64,000 bases of DNA, from assembly GCA_039680175.1 (NCBI GenBank), contig JBDKTO010000074.1:229724-293723 (forward strand), written 5' to 3'. The notes beneath the pieces were generated by a model that worked only from the letters and a program-made list of their open reading frames with translations, was not told where the DNA came from and searched no databases. The stretch is from Veillonellales bacterium. GTDB taxonomy: Bacteria > Bacillota > Negativicutes > JAAYSF01. The position numbers and the translations under genes were made by a program. Shown one piece after another: positions 48,247-57,124 of this stretch (positions are counted from its first letter, which is position 1; every line of letters begins with the position of its first letter).

Positions 48247-49471
48247 AAATATCAGTCTTGCCCCTCAGGGACATGATAAAATTAACTGGGTGAGGCAGTT
48301 TATGCCGGTTCTCAATATTTTAAATGATAAATTATCCCACGACAGGCCATTAAAGGGGAAAAATATGGTTTTAACAATGCATTTAGAAGCTAAAACAGCC
48401 TATTTGGCACTGGTGCTAAAAAATGCCGGCGCAAATGTAGCCGTTACCGGCAGCAATCCGTTATCGACCCAGGACGACGTAGCGGCAGCCTTAGCGGAGC
48501 AGGGAGTGACCGTGCTTGCCTGGTACAACACTTCAGCCGAAGAATATAAACAGTTGCTGCATAGAGCATTAGATACTAAACCGAACATTATTGTCGACGA
48601 TGGCGGCGATTTGGTATCTTTACTGCATACAGAACGCCGGGAACTGCTTGACAATATCTGGGGTGGATCGGAAGAAACGACTACAGGCGTAATTCGTCTA
48701 AAAGCCTTAGCCGCAGAGGGGCGACTGAAATTTCCGATGATAGCGGTAAATGACGCCTACTGCAAGTATCTGTTTGATAACCGGTATGGTACGGGGCAGT
48801 CTACTTGGGATGGAATTATGCGGACAACCAATCTTACTGTAACCGGTAAAACAGTTGTCATTGCCGGATATGGCTGGTGCGGCAAAGGAGCTTCCATGCG
48901 GGCGAAGGGGCTGGGGGCTAATGTGATCATAACCGAAGTAAACCCGATTAAAGCCATAGAAGCCGTTTTTGATGGCTTTCGGGTTATGCCGATGCAGGAA
49001 GCCGCGAAACTGGGCGATATCTTTGTCACGCTAACCGGATGCAAAGATGTGATCCGTCAGGAACATTTTGCCGTGATGAAATCCGGAGCGATTTTGGCTA
49101 ACGCCGGCCACTTTGATGTGGAAATCAATAAAACGGATTTGTCGCAAGCGGCAGTATCCCGCCGGGATGTTCGTAAAAATATCGAAGAGTTCGCCATGGC
49201 TGACGGACGTAAAATTTATCTGCTGGCCGAAGGGCGGTTAGTAAATCTTGCCGCCGGCGACGGACATCCTACAGAAATCATGGATTTGTCTTTTGCTATG
49301 CAAGCTTTGGCCGTACTGCATATTGCCGAACATCATGGTGAAATGGAAAATAAAGTATATACTATAGAGGATGCAATGAACAACCGTGTAGCCTCGCTTA
49401 AATTGGGAGCAATGGGGCTGGCAATTGATCATTTATCCGCGGAACAGCAGCAATATCTCAAGCAGGCATGA
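48230..49471 (+). CDS. ahcY: Adenosylhomocysteinase-family hydrolase (SAH or S-inosylhomocysteine hydrolase)
   Basis: NAD-binding GYGWCGKG and other AhcY motifs. The ATG at 48230 has RBS GAAGGATGGG. It overlaps the mtnA 3' end. Confidence 0.85.
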   Translation: MESMIKNISLAPQGHDKINWVRQFMPVLNILNDKLSHDRPLKGKNMVLTMHLEAKTAYLALVLKNAGANVAVTGSNPLSTQDDVAAALAEQGVTVLAWYNTSAEEYKQLLHRALDTKPNIIVDDGGDLVSLLHTERRELLDNIWGGSEETTTGVIRLKALAAEGRLKFPMIAVNDAYCKYLFDNRYGTGQSTWDGIMRTTNLTVTGKTVVIAGYGWCGKGASMRAKGLGANVIITEVNPIKAIEAVFDGFRVMPMQEAAKLGDIFVTLTGCKDVIRQEHFAVMKSGAILANAGHFDVEINKTDLSQAAVSRRDVRKNIEEFAMADGRKIYLLAEGRLVNLAAGDGHPTEIMDLSFAMQALAVLHIAEHHGEMENKVYTIEDAMNNRVASLKLGAMGLAIDHLSAEQQQYLKQA

Positions 49472-49500
49472 TACAGTAAGGGTATTGGAGCGAATATAAA

Positions 49501-50166
49501 ATGAACGGATATTCTGAAATTAAGCTGGAAATTTTAACGGCTGGGATTGCTCTTTTTAAAAAAAATCTGGTAACCGGGACCTGGGGAAATCTTAGTTCGC
49601 GAGTGCCCGGAACTGATTTATTGGCTATCACCCCTTCCGGACGGGATTATCGAAAATTGCAAAATGATGATATCGTCATTGTTGGCAGAAATGGTCTTAC
49701 GGTACAGGGGCATTTAATACCATCATCTGAATTGCCGCTGCATTTGGCCATTTATAAGGCACGGCAGGATGTACAAGCAATTGTGCATACCCATAGTGTT
49801 TTTGCCAGCGCTTGTGCAGTTGCCCGCAGGGCGATTCCGCCTATTATTGAGGATTTGGTTCAAGTAACAGGCGGTAGTGTTGAGGTAGCCGAATATGCAC
49901 TACCGGGAACGGCGGAACTGGCACGAAACGTGGTAACAGCATTGGGAAACCGCAGCGCAGCCCTACTCGCCAATCATGGCGTTGTTTGCTGTGCCCGAAG
50001 CGTAACAGAAGCGATGACAGCTTGCGAACTGGTGGAAAAAGCAGCCGAAATTTATCTGTACGCCCAACAGCTTGGCGGTGCCGTTACTCTTAATCAACAG
50101 GATGTTGCGACGATGCATGAATTTTACGTAAAGCATTATCGAAAACTTCAAGGAGACGATGAATAA
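49501..50166 (+). CDS. Class II aldolase/adducin-family protein (MtnB dehydratase-like or Ald2/fuculose-phosphate-aldolase-like)
   Basis: 221 aa with ...GTWGNLSSR...HTHS... metal-binding His motifs of class II aldolases. Confidence 0.75.
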   Translation: MNGYSEIKLEILTAGIALFKKNLVTGTWGNLSSRVPGTDLLAITPSGRDYRKLQNDDIVIVGRNGLTVQGHLIPSSELPLHLAIYKARQDVQAIVHTHSVFASACAVARRAIPPIIEDLVQVTGGSVEVAEYALPGTAELARNVVTALGNRSAALLANHGVVCCARSVTEAMTACELVEKAAEIYLYAQQLGGAVTLNQQDVATMHEFYVKHYRKLQGDDE

Positions 50167-51453
50167 GTGGCAAAAATTTTGTTAAAAAGCGCCGAAGCAT
50201 TGACGCCGGATGGTGCGATAAAGCAGCATGATATTGCAATTGAGGGTTGTCTCATTTCCTATGTCGACACAATTCCTGCCGGCTGGCAGGCCGACCGTAT
50301 TATTGACTGCAGCGGCAAACTTGCGATACCCGGTATGATAAATACCCATACCCATGCGGCCATGACACTGTTTCGCAGTTATGCCGACGATATGCTCCTA
50401 ATGGATTGGCTGCAAAATAAAATCTGGCCGGCAGAAGCCAATTTAACCGAGAAAGACGTATATTGGGGAACGCTGCTGTCTATTGCCGAAATGCTGAAAT
50501 CAGGAACAACTACTTTTGCCGACATGTATTTTTTTATGCCGCAAGTAGCCCGAGCAGTTGCTGAGAGCGGTATCCGCGCGGTTTTGTCCCGCGGTATGAC
50601 CGGCGTTGCTCCCAATGCTGAACAGGCGTTGATTGAGAGTGAAGACTTCTTTAAACAGTTTCATCAGGCCGCTAATGGGCGCATAACCGTCATGCTTGGA
50701 CCCCACGCCCCCTATACCTGTCCACCGGAGTATCTGAGAAAAGTGGTAGCATTAGCGGAACGATTACAAGCGGAAATTCACATTCACTTAGCGGAAACAA
50801 AGGATGAAGTGGAAAATTGCCTGAAACAATACGGCAAATCACCGATTGCTTTGATGGATGAAATCGGCGTACTGGATTGCGGCGTATTAGCCGCTCATTG
50901 CGTTCATGTGTCACAGGAAGATATAGCGATTATGCAGAAGAAGAAAGTTCGTGTTGCACATAATCCGGGAAGCAACATGAAACTGGCCAGCGGGATTGCG
51001 CCGGTACCGGAAATGTTAAGTGCCGGATTATGTGTGGGATTGGGTACCGATGGCGCTGCCAGCAACAACAATCTGGATATGATCAGGGAAATGCGTTTAG
51101 CAGCCACGCTCCACAAAGTACATACGCTGGATCCTTTGGCTATACCGTCCAAAACGGCAGTGGATATGGCTACAGTCAACGGGGCAAAAGCACTGGGGCT
51201 GGACCATATAACCGGTTCTATTGCCGTTGGTTATAAAGCAGATATCGCTTTATTGGATATTCATGCTCCCCATTGGTATCCGACACATGATAAACTATCG
51301 CTTCTGGCTTATTCAGCCGCCGCCAGCGATGTGCATACCGTGCTGGTAGACGGACAAATTTTACTGGAGAACAGGCAATTAACAACTATTGATGAAGAAC
51401 AATTGCTTTATGAGGTGCAAAAACGGGGAGTGCGTCTTGTAGAAAAACTATAA
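50167..51453 (+). CDS. mtaD: 5'-methylthioadenosine / S-adenosylhomocysteine deaminase (amidohydrolase superfamily)
   Basis: 428 aa with PGMINTHTHAAMT (HxH metal site) and the MtaD/TM0936-like pattern. The GTG start abuts the upstream stop. Confidence 0.85.
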   Translation: MAKILLKSAEALTPDGAIKQHDIAIEGCLISYVDTIPAGWQADRIIDCSGKLAIPGMINTHTHAAMTLFRSYADDMLLMDWLQNKIWPAEANLTEKDVYWGTLLSIAEMLKSGTTTFADMYFFMPQVARAVAESGIRAVLSRGMTGVAPNAEQALIESEDFFKQFHQAANGRITVMLGPHAPYTCPPEYLRKVVALAERLQAEIHIHLAETKDEVENCLKQYGKSPIALMDEIGVLDCGVLAAHCVHVSQEDIAIMQKKKVRVAHNPGSNMKLASGIAPVPEMLSAGLCVGLGTDGAASNNNLDMIREMRLAATLHKVHTLDPLAIPSKTAVDMATVNGAKALGLDHITGSIAVGYKADIALLDIHAPHWYPTHDKLSLLAYSAAASDVHTVLVDGQILLENRQLTTIDEEQLLYEVQKRGVRLVEKL

Positions 51454-51517
51454 TGGCAATTGCGATTCATAGAAGAATGTTATAAAATAGTAACAAGTAA
51501 TGGAGAGGGGTAGTATA

Positions 51518-51865
51518 ATGCGTGCCTTAAATTTTTATTCCTCAAATTATCACAATCAATTGGTTTGCCGACGTAAAACCTGCACGATTCGCCGTGGCGA
51601 TAAAACAGATAAGTATTCGGAAGGTGATATTGTCTGGGTAACAGTAGGGAAACGCTTCTCCCAAAGAAAGAAAATTTATACTGCCGTTATTGACCGAGTT
51701 CTTGTTAAGCCAATCTCTCAGCTTACAAAAGAAGATTTGCAAGGCGAAAATCCAGATATTACTAGCGTCGATGATTTAATGGACTTTTTGCAGTCTGTTT
51801 ATGATAAGACGTTGACCCTCAGTGACACTGTCACTGTGGTTTATTTCTCTGAAATCATCGAATAG
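51518..51865 (+). CDS. ASCH-domain protein, YqfB-like (PUA-like fold; predicted N4-acylcytidine amidohydrolase family)
   Basis: RRKTCTIRRGDK...EGDIVWV... resembles the YqfB ASCH core. RBS GGAGAGGGG lies 7 nt upstream of the ATG at 51518. Confidence 0.55.
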   Translation: MRALNFYSSNYHNQLVCRRKTCTIRRGDKTDKYSEGDIVWVTVGKRFSQRKKIYTAVIDRVLVKPISQLTKEDLQGENPDITSVDDLMDFLQSVYDKTLTLSDTVTVVYFSEIIE

Positions 51866-51907
51866 CAGGTATATATAATTTAAATGGCAGAAGGAGTGTA
51901 AGTAATA

Positions 51908-52483
51908 ATGTCTGACAAAAAAATTCCAGTGGGTATTTCCGCACGGCACGTACATGTTTCCCGGGAAGATCTTGATATTCTTTTTGGCTCAGGCTATGAG
52001 CTTACTGTTAAGAAGGCTTTGTCTCAGCCGGGACAATTTGCCAGTAATGAAACAGTAGATTTGGTAACAGAGAAAAACACTTTTAAAAAGGTACGAATTT
52101 TAGGACCAATACGTAACGCAACTCAAGTGGAACTTGCTTTGACGGATGGAATGAAACTTGGCTTAAAGCTGCCAGTCAAGGATTCCGGGAATCATGCGGG
52201 AACACCCGGTATTACGATTGTAGGACCTAAAGGGTCGGTAGATATTAAACAGGGAGTCATCGCTGCCTGCCGTCATATTCACATGACTCCGGCCGATGCC
52301 GCGCAGCATAATGTGAAAGATAAAGAAATTGTGCAAGTAAAATTTGAAGGTGACCGTGCATTGATATTTGATAAAGTCTTGATTCGAGTCAGCGATACTT
52401 GTAAATTAGATATGCATATTGATACTGATGAGGCAAATGCTTGTATGTGTAAAAATGGGGATACGGTTGAAATTATAAAGTAG
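51908..52483 (+). CDS. pduL: PduL-type phosphate acyltransferase (phosphate propanoyl/acetyltransferase)
   Basis: 191 aa with the duplicated PduL fold (...GISARHVHVS..., ...AACRHIHMTP...). No other pdu/eut genes lie nearby. Confidence 0.8.
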   Translation: MSDKKIPVGISARHVHVSREDLDILFGSGYELTVKKALSQPGQFASNETVDLVTEKNTFKKVRILGPIRNATQVELALTDGMKLGLKLPVKDSGNHAGTPGITIVGPKGSVDIKQGVIAACRHIHMTPADAAQHNVKDKEIVQVKFEGDRALIFDKVLIRVSDTCKLDMHIDTDEANACMCKNGDTVEIIK

Positions 52484-52493
52484 ATTTATTTGA

Positions 52494-52527
52494 TAAAAAA
52501 ACTCCAGCAATGCTGGAGTTTTTTTAT
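52494..52527 (+). terminator. Terminator after pduL
   Basis: aaaaaaa ctccagca a tgctggag tttttttatt. Confidence 0.7.
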
Positions 52528-52543
52528 TATATCTCTGCGACGA

Positions 52544-52580
52544 CAAAAAAAGAGCCCAACATATTTTCATATTGGGTTCG
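52544..52580 (-). terminator. Terminator of the minus-strand DUF1858 gene
   Basis: gagcccaa catattttcata ttgggttc. An A-run on the plus strand gives a T-run on the minus strand. Confidence 0.5.
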
Positions 52581-52605
52581 TGGTATAACAAATACTTAAA
52601 ACCAG

Positions 52606-52806
52606 TTATTTACCTGCGACTGTTTTATTTAAATCAGCAATAAGCGCCTCAATATCAATACCATGAGCAGAAGCTCCCTGTTCGATATTTTCAAAACGAG
52701 CAGCGGCACAACCTAAGCAACCCATGCCATGATTGCGAAATATCTCGACCGTTTGCGGATGCTTTTGGACAACTTCAGTAATACTCATTTCTTTCGTAAT
52801 TGGCAT
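52606..52806 (-). CDS. DUF1858-domain small CxxC protein, paralogue 2
   Basis: 66 aa with HGMGCLGCAAARFENIEQGA..., the same architecture as 33445-33639. A strong RBS (AAGGGAGGG) is present. Confidence 0.7.
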   Translation of the reverse strand: MPITKEMSITEVVQKHPQTVEIFRNHGMGCLGCAAARFENIEQGASAHGIDIEALIADLNKTVAGK

Positions 52807-52963
52807 AATATGCCCTCCCTTAGTTAAAATAGGTTACAAACAATATCATTATACCATATTCAGTATAAGGACGTAAGGACTAGGCATAGGACTTTGGAAT
52901 TATTTATAAAATTTTTTCTGCCATTTTGAAGGATTTTATTTTTTTCTCCAGAAAATACATAAT

Positions 52964-52993
52964 AAAGTGGTTTGTTGTGGTGGGATGTGGTGA
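52964..52993 (+). promoter_or_regulatory. Putative MraZ operator: GTGG direct repeats at 10-bp spacing upstream of mraZ
   Basis: GTGG at 52967, 52977 and 52987 (aaaGTGGtttgttGTGGtgggatGTGGtgaat), ending about 30 nt before the mraZ start. Confidence 0.5.
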
Positions 52994-53020
52994 ATATATT
53001 CGCCAAGGGGGTGATGAGCC

Positions 53021-53452
53021 GTGCTGATGGGAGAGTATTTACACACGATAGATACGAAGGGCCGGCTCATTTTACCTGTAAAATTTCGCGAAGAATTAGG
53101 CGACACTTTTGTCATTACCAAGGGACTGGATGGTTGTTTGTTCGTATACGCTATGGAAGAATGGGCTACGCTAGAAGAAAAATTAAAACGCTTGCCATTA
53201 GCAAAACCGGAAGCTAGGGCTTTTGTTCGTTTCTTTTTTGCTGGAGCGGCAGAAGGTGTATGCGATAAACAGGGTCGTGTTCTTCTTCCCAATAACCTGA
53301 GAGAATATGCCCATTTAGAAAAAGATGTTGTAGTGATTGGCGTGTCCAACCGGGTTGAAATTTGGGCTCAAAACACCTGGGATTCTTATAGTGAACAAAT
53401 CGGGCCAACGGTAGCCCAAATCTCCGAGAGCTTGGCGGATTTAGGTATTTGA
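53021..53452 (+). CDS. mraZ: Transcriptional regulator MraZ
   Basis: (V)LMGEYLHTIDTKGRLILPVKFREELG... is the canonical MraZ N-terminus. RBS AAGGGGGTGA is present. Confidence 0.9.
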   Translation: MLMGEYLHTIDTKGRLILPVKFREELGDTFVITKGLDGCLFVYAMEEWATLEEKLKRLPLAKPEARAFVRFFFAGAAEGVCDKQGRVLLPNNLREYAHLEKDVVVIGVSNRVEIWAQNTWDSYSEQIGPTVAQISESLADLGI

Positions 53453-53466
53453 TGAGGTGAGTATCA

Positions 53467-54405
53467 GTGGAATTTCACCATATAAGTGTTTTGCTGGAAG
53501 AAAGTGTGTCGGCTCTAGTGACGGATCCTGCCGGAATTTATGTTGATTGTACGTTAGGCGGCAGCGGACATGCGGCACAAATAGTCAGCCGCTTGCAGCC
53601 AGCGGGTCGGTTTGTGGGTATAGACCAGGATCCGGCAGCAATTCATACCGGCCAAATCCGTTTGGCGAAAGTTGCTTGCAAGGTGGACATTGTTCAAGGG
53701 AATTTCCAGCAGATGGGGAATATTTTGCAGGAATTGCACATCGACGCAGTTGACGGTATTTTTTTTGATTTAGGCGTATCATCCTATCAACTGGATGTGG
53801 CTGAACGGGGATTTTCTTATATGCAGGATGCCCCCCTTGATATGCGGATGAACCCGACAGCTGACTTATCGGCTTACCATGTAATCAACACCTATTCGGT
53901 GGAACGGCTGGCCCAAATCATTGCCGACTATGGTGAGGAGCGCTGGGCGAAACGAATTGCAAAGTTTATTGCGGAAGCTCGCCTTTCTGCACCGGTGGAG
54001 ACTACCGGACAATTGGTTGACATTATAAAAAGGGCGATTCCCGCAGCTGCCAGAAGAGACGGGCCCCATCCGGCAAAACGTACTTTTCAGGCAATACGGA
54101 TTGAGGTGAACAATGAACTGGGGATTTTACCCGCAACATTTATTACGGCGGTTGATAAGTTAAAGCCGGGCGGACGGTTAGGTATCATTACATTTCATTC
54201 TCTGGAAGATCGAATTGCCAAAAAGACGCTGCAGAGTATGGCGAAAGGCTGTATTTGTCCCCCTAAGCTGCCGGTGTGCGTCTGCGGCCACAAGCCGCAA
54301 ATCAAGCTTCTGGGCAAACCGATTGTGCCGTCAGAGGCTGAAATTAATGCGAACCCCCGAGCCCGAAGTGCAAAACTGCGTCTGGCGGAAAAAGTAGGAA
54401 TTTAG
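53467..54405 (+). CDS. rsmH: 16S rRNA m4C1402 methyltransferase RsmH (MraW)
   Basis: HISVLLEE...[12 protein letters not shown]...[11 protein letters not shown]... Confidence 0.9.
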   Translation: MEFHHISVLLEESVSALVTDPAGIYVDCTLGGSGHAAQIVSRLQPAGRFVGIDQDPAAIHTGQIRLAKVACKVDIVQGNFQQMGNILQELHIDAVDGIFFDLGVSSYQLDVAERGFSYMQDAPLDMRMNPTADLSAYHVINTYSVERLAQIIADYGEERWAKRIAKFIAEARLSAPVETTGQLVDIIKRAIPAAARRDGPHPAKRTFQAIRIEVNNELGILPATFITAVDKLKPGGRLGIITFHSLEDRIAKKTLQSMAKGCICPPKLPVCVCGHKPQIKLLGKPIVPSEAEINANPRARSAKLRLAEKVGI

Positions 54406-54461
54406 CAGGCCTTTTATGGATGAAGCGTATTTTGTTCTAATTTTTAAGGAGGGTAAATAAT

Positions 54462-54923
54462 ATGTTAGCAAGTAAAAAAAAGCAATGGGTTGTCATCGAA
54501 GAAGAACAGACTGCCCCTACCTCCGATAAAGGCTTGCCGAAAGTAAATGGTGCATTGCGGGCAAAATGTTTTATTATGGTTATATTTGCCGTTACCATTG
54601 CTTTTTTTGGTACCATTCGCAGCGAGACGATTGTTCGGGACGGATACGAATTGGTCCAGATGAAGGCTCAAGTTGTAAAGCTGGAAAAAGAGAATGAATT
54701 ACTGCGATTGGATATTGCTAAAATGAAAGCACCCCAGCGGATACAGCATATCGCTGCCACTCAATTAGGAATGGTATTGCCGCAAACGGTTTATTGCGCT
54801 ACTACGGCAGCTGATGCGCCGACCGGCGATTCGCCAATGAATGGATACGAAGAAAAGAATTTGGTCAACCGGGTGCTGAATGCTGTTCAGTCTGCTAAGG
54901 CGGAGGCGAGTCAGGGGCGTTAA
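54462..54923 (+). CDS. ftsL: Cell division protein FtsL (single TM plus coiled coil)
   Basis: 153 aa with a TM helix (CFIMVIFAVTIAFFGTI) and a heptad-rich segment (VVKLEKENELLRLDIAKM). It lies between rsmH and the division PBP. Confidence 0.65.
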   Translation: MLASKKKQWVVIEEEQTAPTSDKGLPKVNGALRAKCFIMVIFAVTIAFFGTIRSETIVRDGYELVQMKAQVVKLEKENELLRLDIAKMKAPQRIQHIAATQLGMVLPQTVYCATTAADAPTGDSPMNGYEEKNLVNRVLNAVQSAKAEASQGR

Positions 54924-54929
54924 TTTGAA

Positions 54930-57032
54930 TTGGGGGAGAGGCCATTGGCGTCAGCTGCACATGGTACCATCAGAAAAAGGGTAGCGTGTCTGTTCCTATT
55001 TGTGGCGGTTATTATGGCAGGACTTAGTTGTCGTCTCATGTATATCCAATTCTATCGCAGTAATTGGTTAATGGAAAATGCCATCGATCAGAGGATGCGT
55101 GATATTCCGGTCGAAGCAAAACGGGGAATTATTTTTGATCGAAATGGCAGGGAACTGGCAATTAGTGTAAGTACTGAATCTGTTTACGCCATACCTGCAG
55201 AAATACGTGATGTCGATGAAACAGCAGCCAAATTGGCTGCTATTTTGGCGTTGGATGAGGATAAGTTGTCGGTAAAACTAAAAAAGCGTCAGGCTTTTAC
55301 CTGGGTAAAGCGAAAGATTGACGCTGAGCCGGCCAAAGCAGTAAAAATGCTGGATTTGCCGGGTATAGGATTGACTCAGGAGAGCCGGCGGGTTTATCCT
55401 CACGATAATTTGGCAGCTCATGTCCTGGGATTTACCGGGATTGACAGTCAGGGATTAGATGGGGTAGAAATCACCTTTGACAGTTATTTAAAAGGACGTT
55501 CCGGCAGTATAGTGATTGAATACGATGCCCGCGGCCATGAAATACCGTATGTCACTCATCGGTTTGTTCCGCCGGTGGAAGGCCAAGATGTTTATCTTAC
55601 GATTGATATGGTTATCCAGCAAATTGTTGAACGGGAAATCGAGCGGGTTATGAAGGAGACTCAGGCAAAATCGGTAACGATTCTTGCTATGCAGCCGCGT
55701 ACGGGCGAAATATTGGCTTTGGCCAACCGACCGGATTATAATCCCAACCAATTCGCTGATTATTCACCAAAAACCTGGCGCAATATTGCTGTATCCAACG
55801 CTTACGAACCTGGTTCAACGTTTAAGATTATTACTACAACGGCCGCTTTGGGAGAAAAAGTGGTTACTTTGGAAGATCGCTTTTTTGATCCTGGAGTGAT
55901 CGAAGTACAAGGAAGAAAAATTCATTGCTGGAAACATGGCGGGCATGGCAGTGAAACTTTCCGGGAAGTAGTAGAGAATTCCTGTAATGTGGGTTTTGTT
56001 ACCGTGGGGCTTCGCTTAGGCCGCGATCCTTTTTATCAGTATCTGGACTCTTTCGGTTTGGGTCAGACGACTCAGATTGACTTGCCGGGGGAAGCCAAGG
56101 GAATTTTGATTGACCGGCTGCAGGCAAAGCCAATTAATTTAGCTACTATGGCAATGGGGCAAAGCATTGCGGTAACGCCGATTCAATTATTGACGGCCGT
56201 AGCGGCAGTTGCCAATGATGGTGTTAGAACCAGGCCCCAAATTGTTCGCGAAGTCAGGGATAAAAGCGGAAAGAAAATTCGCGGCTTTGAACCGGATGTC
56301 GTGAATCAGATTGTGGATAAGGCAACAGCCAAACAGGTTCAGGAAGTCCTGGAAAGTGTAGTGGCTAACGGAACCGGTAAGAATGCATATATTGAAGGAT
56401 TCAGGATTGCCGGTAAAACAGGAACAGCACAAAAAGTAGGCGCCGGTGGCTATGAGCCGGGGAAATATGTGGCCTCGTTTGTCGGATTTGCACCTGCCGA
56501 TAATCCCCAGATCGTCATGCTGGTAATGATTGATGAACCGGTAGGCCTTTATTATGGCGGACAAATTGCGGCACCGGTTTTTGGGGCTATCATGAAAGAT
56601 GTGCTACAATATTTAAAAGTGGCGCCGCGGCTTTTGTCAGCCGGGGGGAATGAGGACAAGAAAAGTCATGTTTTAGTACCCAGTGTTATTAACTTATCAG
56701 TACCGGAGGCGGTAAATATTTTACAGAAGGCAGGACTAAACGCCCGGATCGAAGAAGAGGGGGAGCGGGTTGCGGATCAGATTCCGAAACCGGGCAGCCG
56801 TGTCCCCCAGGGCGCTACTACGCTCCTATATACCTTAACGTCCCGTTACAATGAAGGGGAAGTTACTGTTCCCGACTGTCATGGCCTTTCTTTACGGCAA
56901 GCGGCTGAACTTCTTGCCCAAATAGGATTAAGTATTCAGCCGGTTGGTTCAGGTGACAAAGTAAGCAGGCAGAATCCCTTACCGGGGAATAAAGTGGTCT
57001 CAGGTGCTAGTATTACGTTATTTTTTGAATAG
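54930..57032 (+). CDS. Division-type class B PBP (PBP2B/SpoVD/FtsI family) with two C-terminal PASTA domains
   Basis: Transpeptidase motifs STFK, SNV and KTGTA plus two PASTA repeats at the C-terminus. The TTG start is of uncertain reliability. Confidence 0.85.
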   Translation: MGERPLASAAHGTIRKRVACLFLFVAVIMAGLSCRLMYIQFYRSNWLMENAIDQRMRDIPVEAKRGIIFDRNGRELAISVSTESVYAIPAEIRDVDETAAKLAAILALDEDKLSVKLKKRQAFTWVKRKIDAEPAKAVKMLDLPGIGLTQESRRVYPHDNLAAHVLGFTGIDSQGLDGVEITFDSYLKGRSGSIVIEYDARGHEIPYVTHRFVPPVEGQDVYLTIDMVIQQIVEREIERVMKETQAKSVTILAMQPRTGEILALANRPDYNPNQFADYSPKTWRNIAVSNAYEPGSTFKIITTTAALGEKVVTLEDRFFDPGVIEVQGRKIHCWKHGGHGSETFREVVENSCNVGFVTVGLRLGRDPFYQYLDSFGLGQTTQIDLPGEAKGILIDRLQAKPINLATMAMGQSIAVTPIQLLTAVAAVANDGVRTRPQIVREVRDKSGKKIRGFEPDVVNQIVDKATAKQVQEVLESVVANGTGKNAYIEGFRIAGKTGTAQKVGAGGYEPGKYVASFVGFAPADNPQIVMLVMIDEPVGLYYGGQIAAPVFGAIMKDVLQYLKVAPRLLSAGGNEDKKSHVLVPSVINLSVPEAVNILQKAGLNARIEEEGERVADQIPKPGSRVPQGATTLLYTLTSRYNEGEVTVPDCHGLSLRQAAELLAQIGLSIQPVGSGDKVSRQNPLPGNKVVSGASITLFFE

Positions 57033-57124
57033 CAGGGCGGCACACGGATAGACTTTTTCGCCGGATTCAGATAAAATTGATAATATTGGTAATAATAGTG
57101 ATGAATAGATGGGAGGATTCCAGC

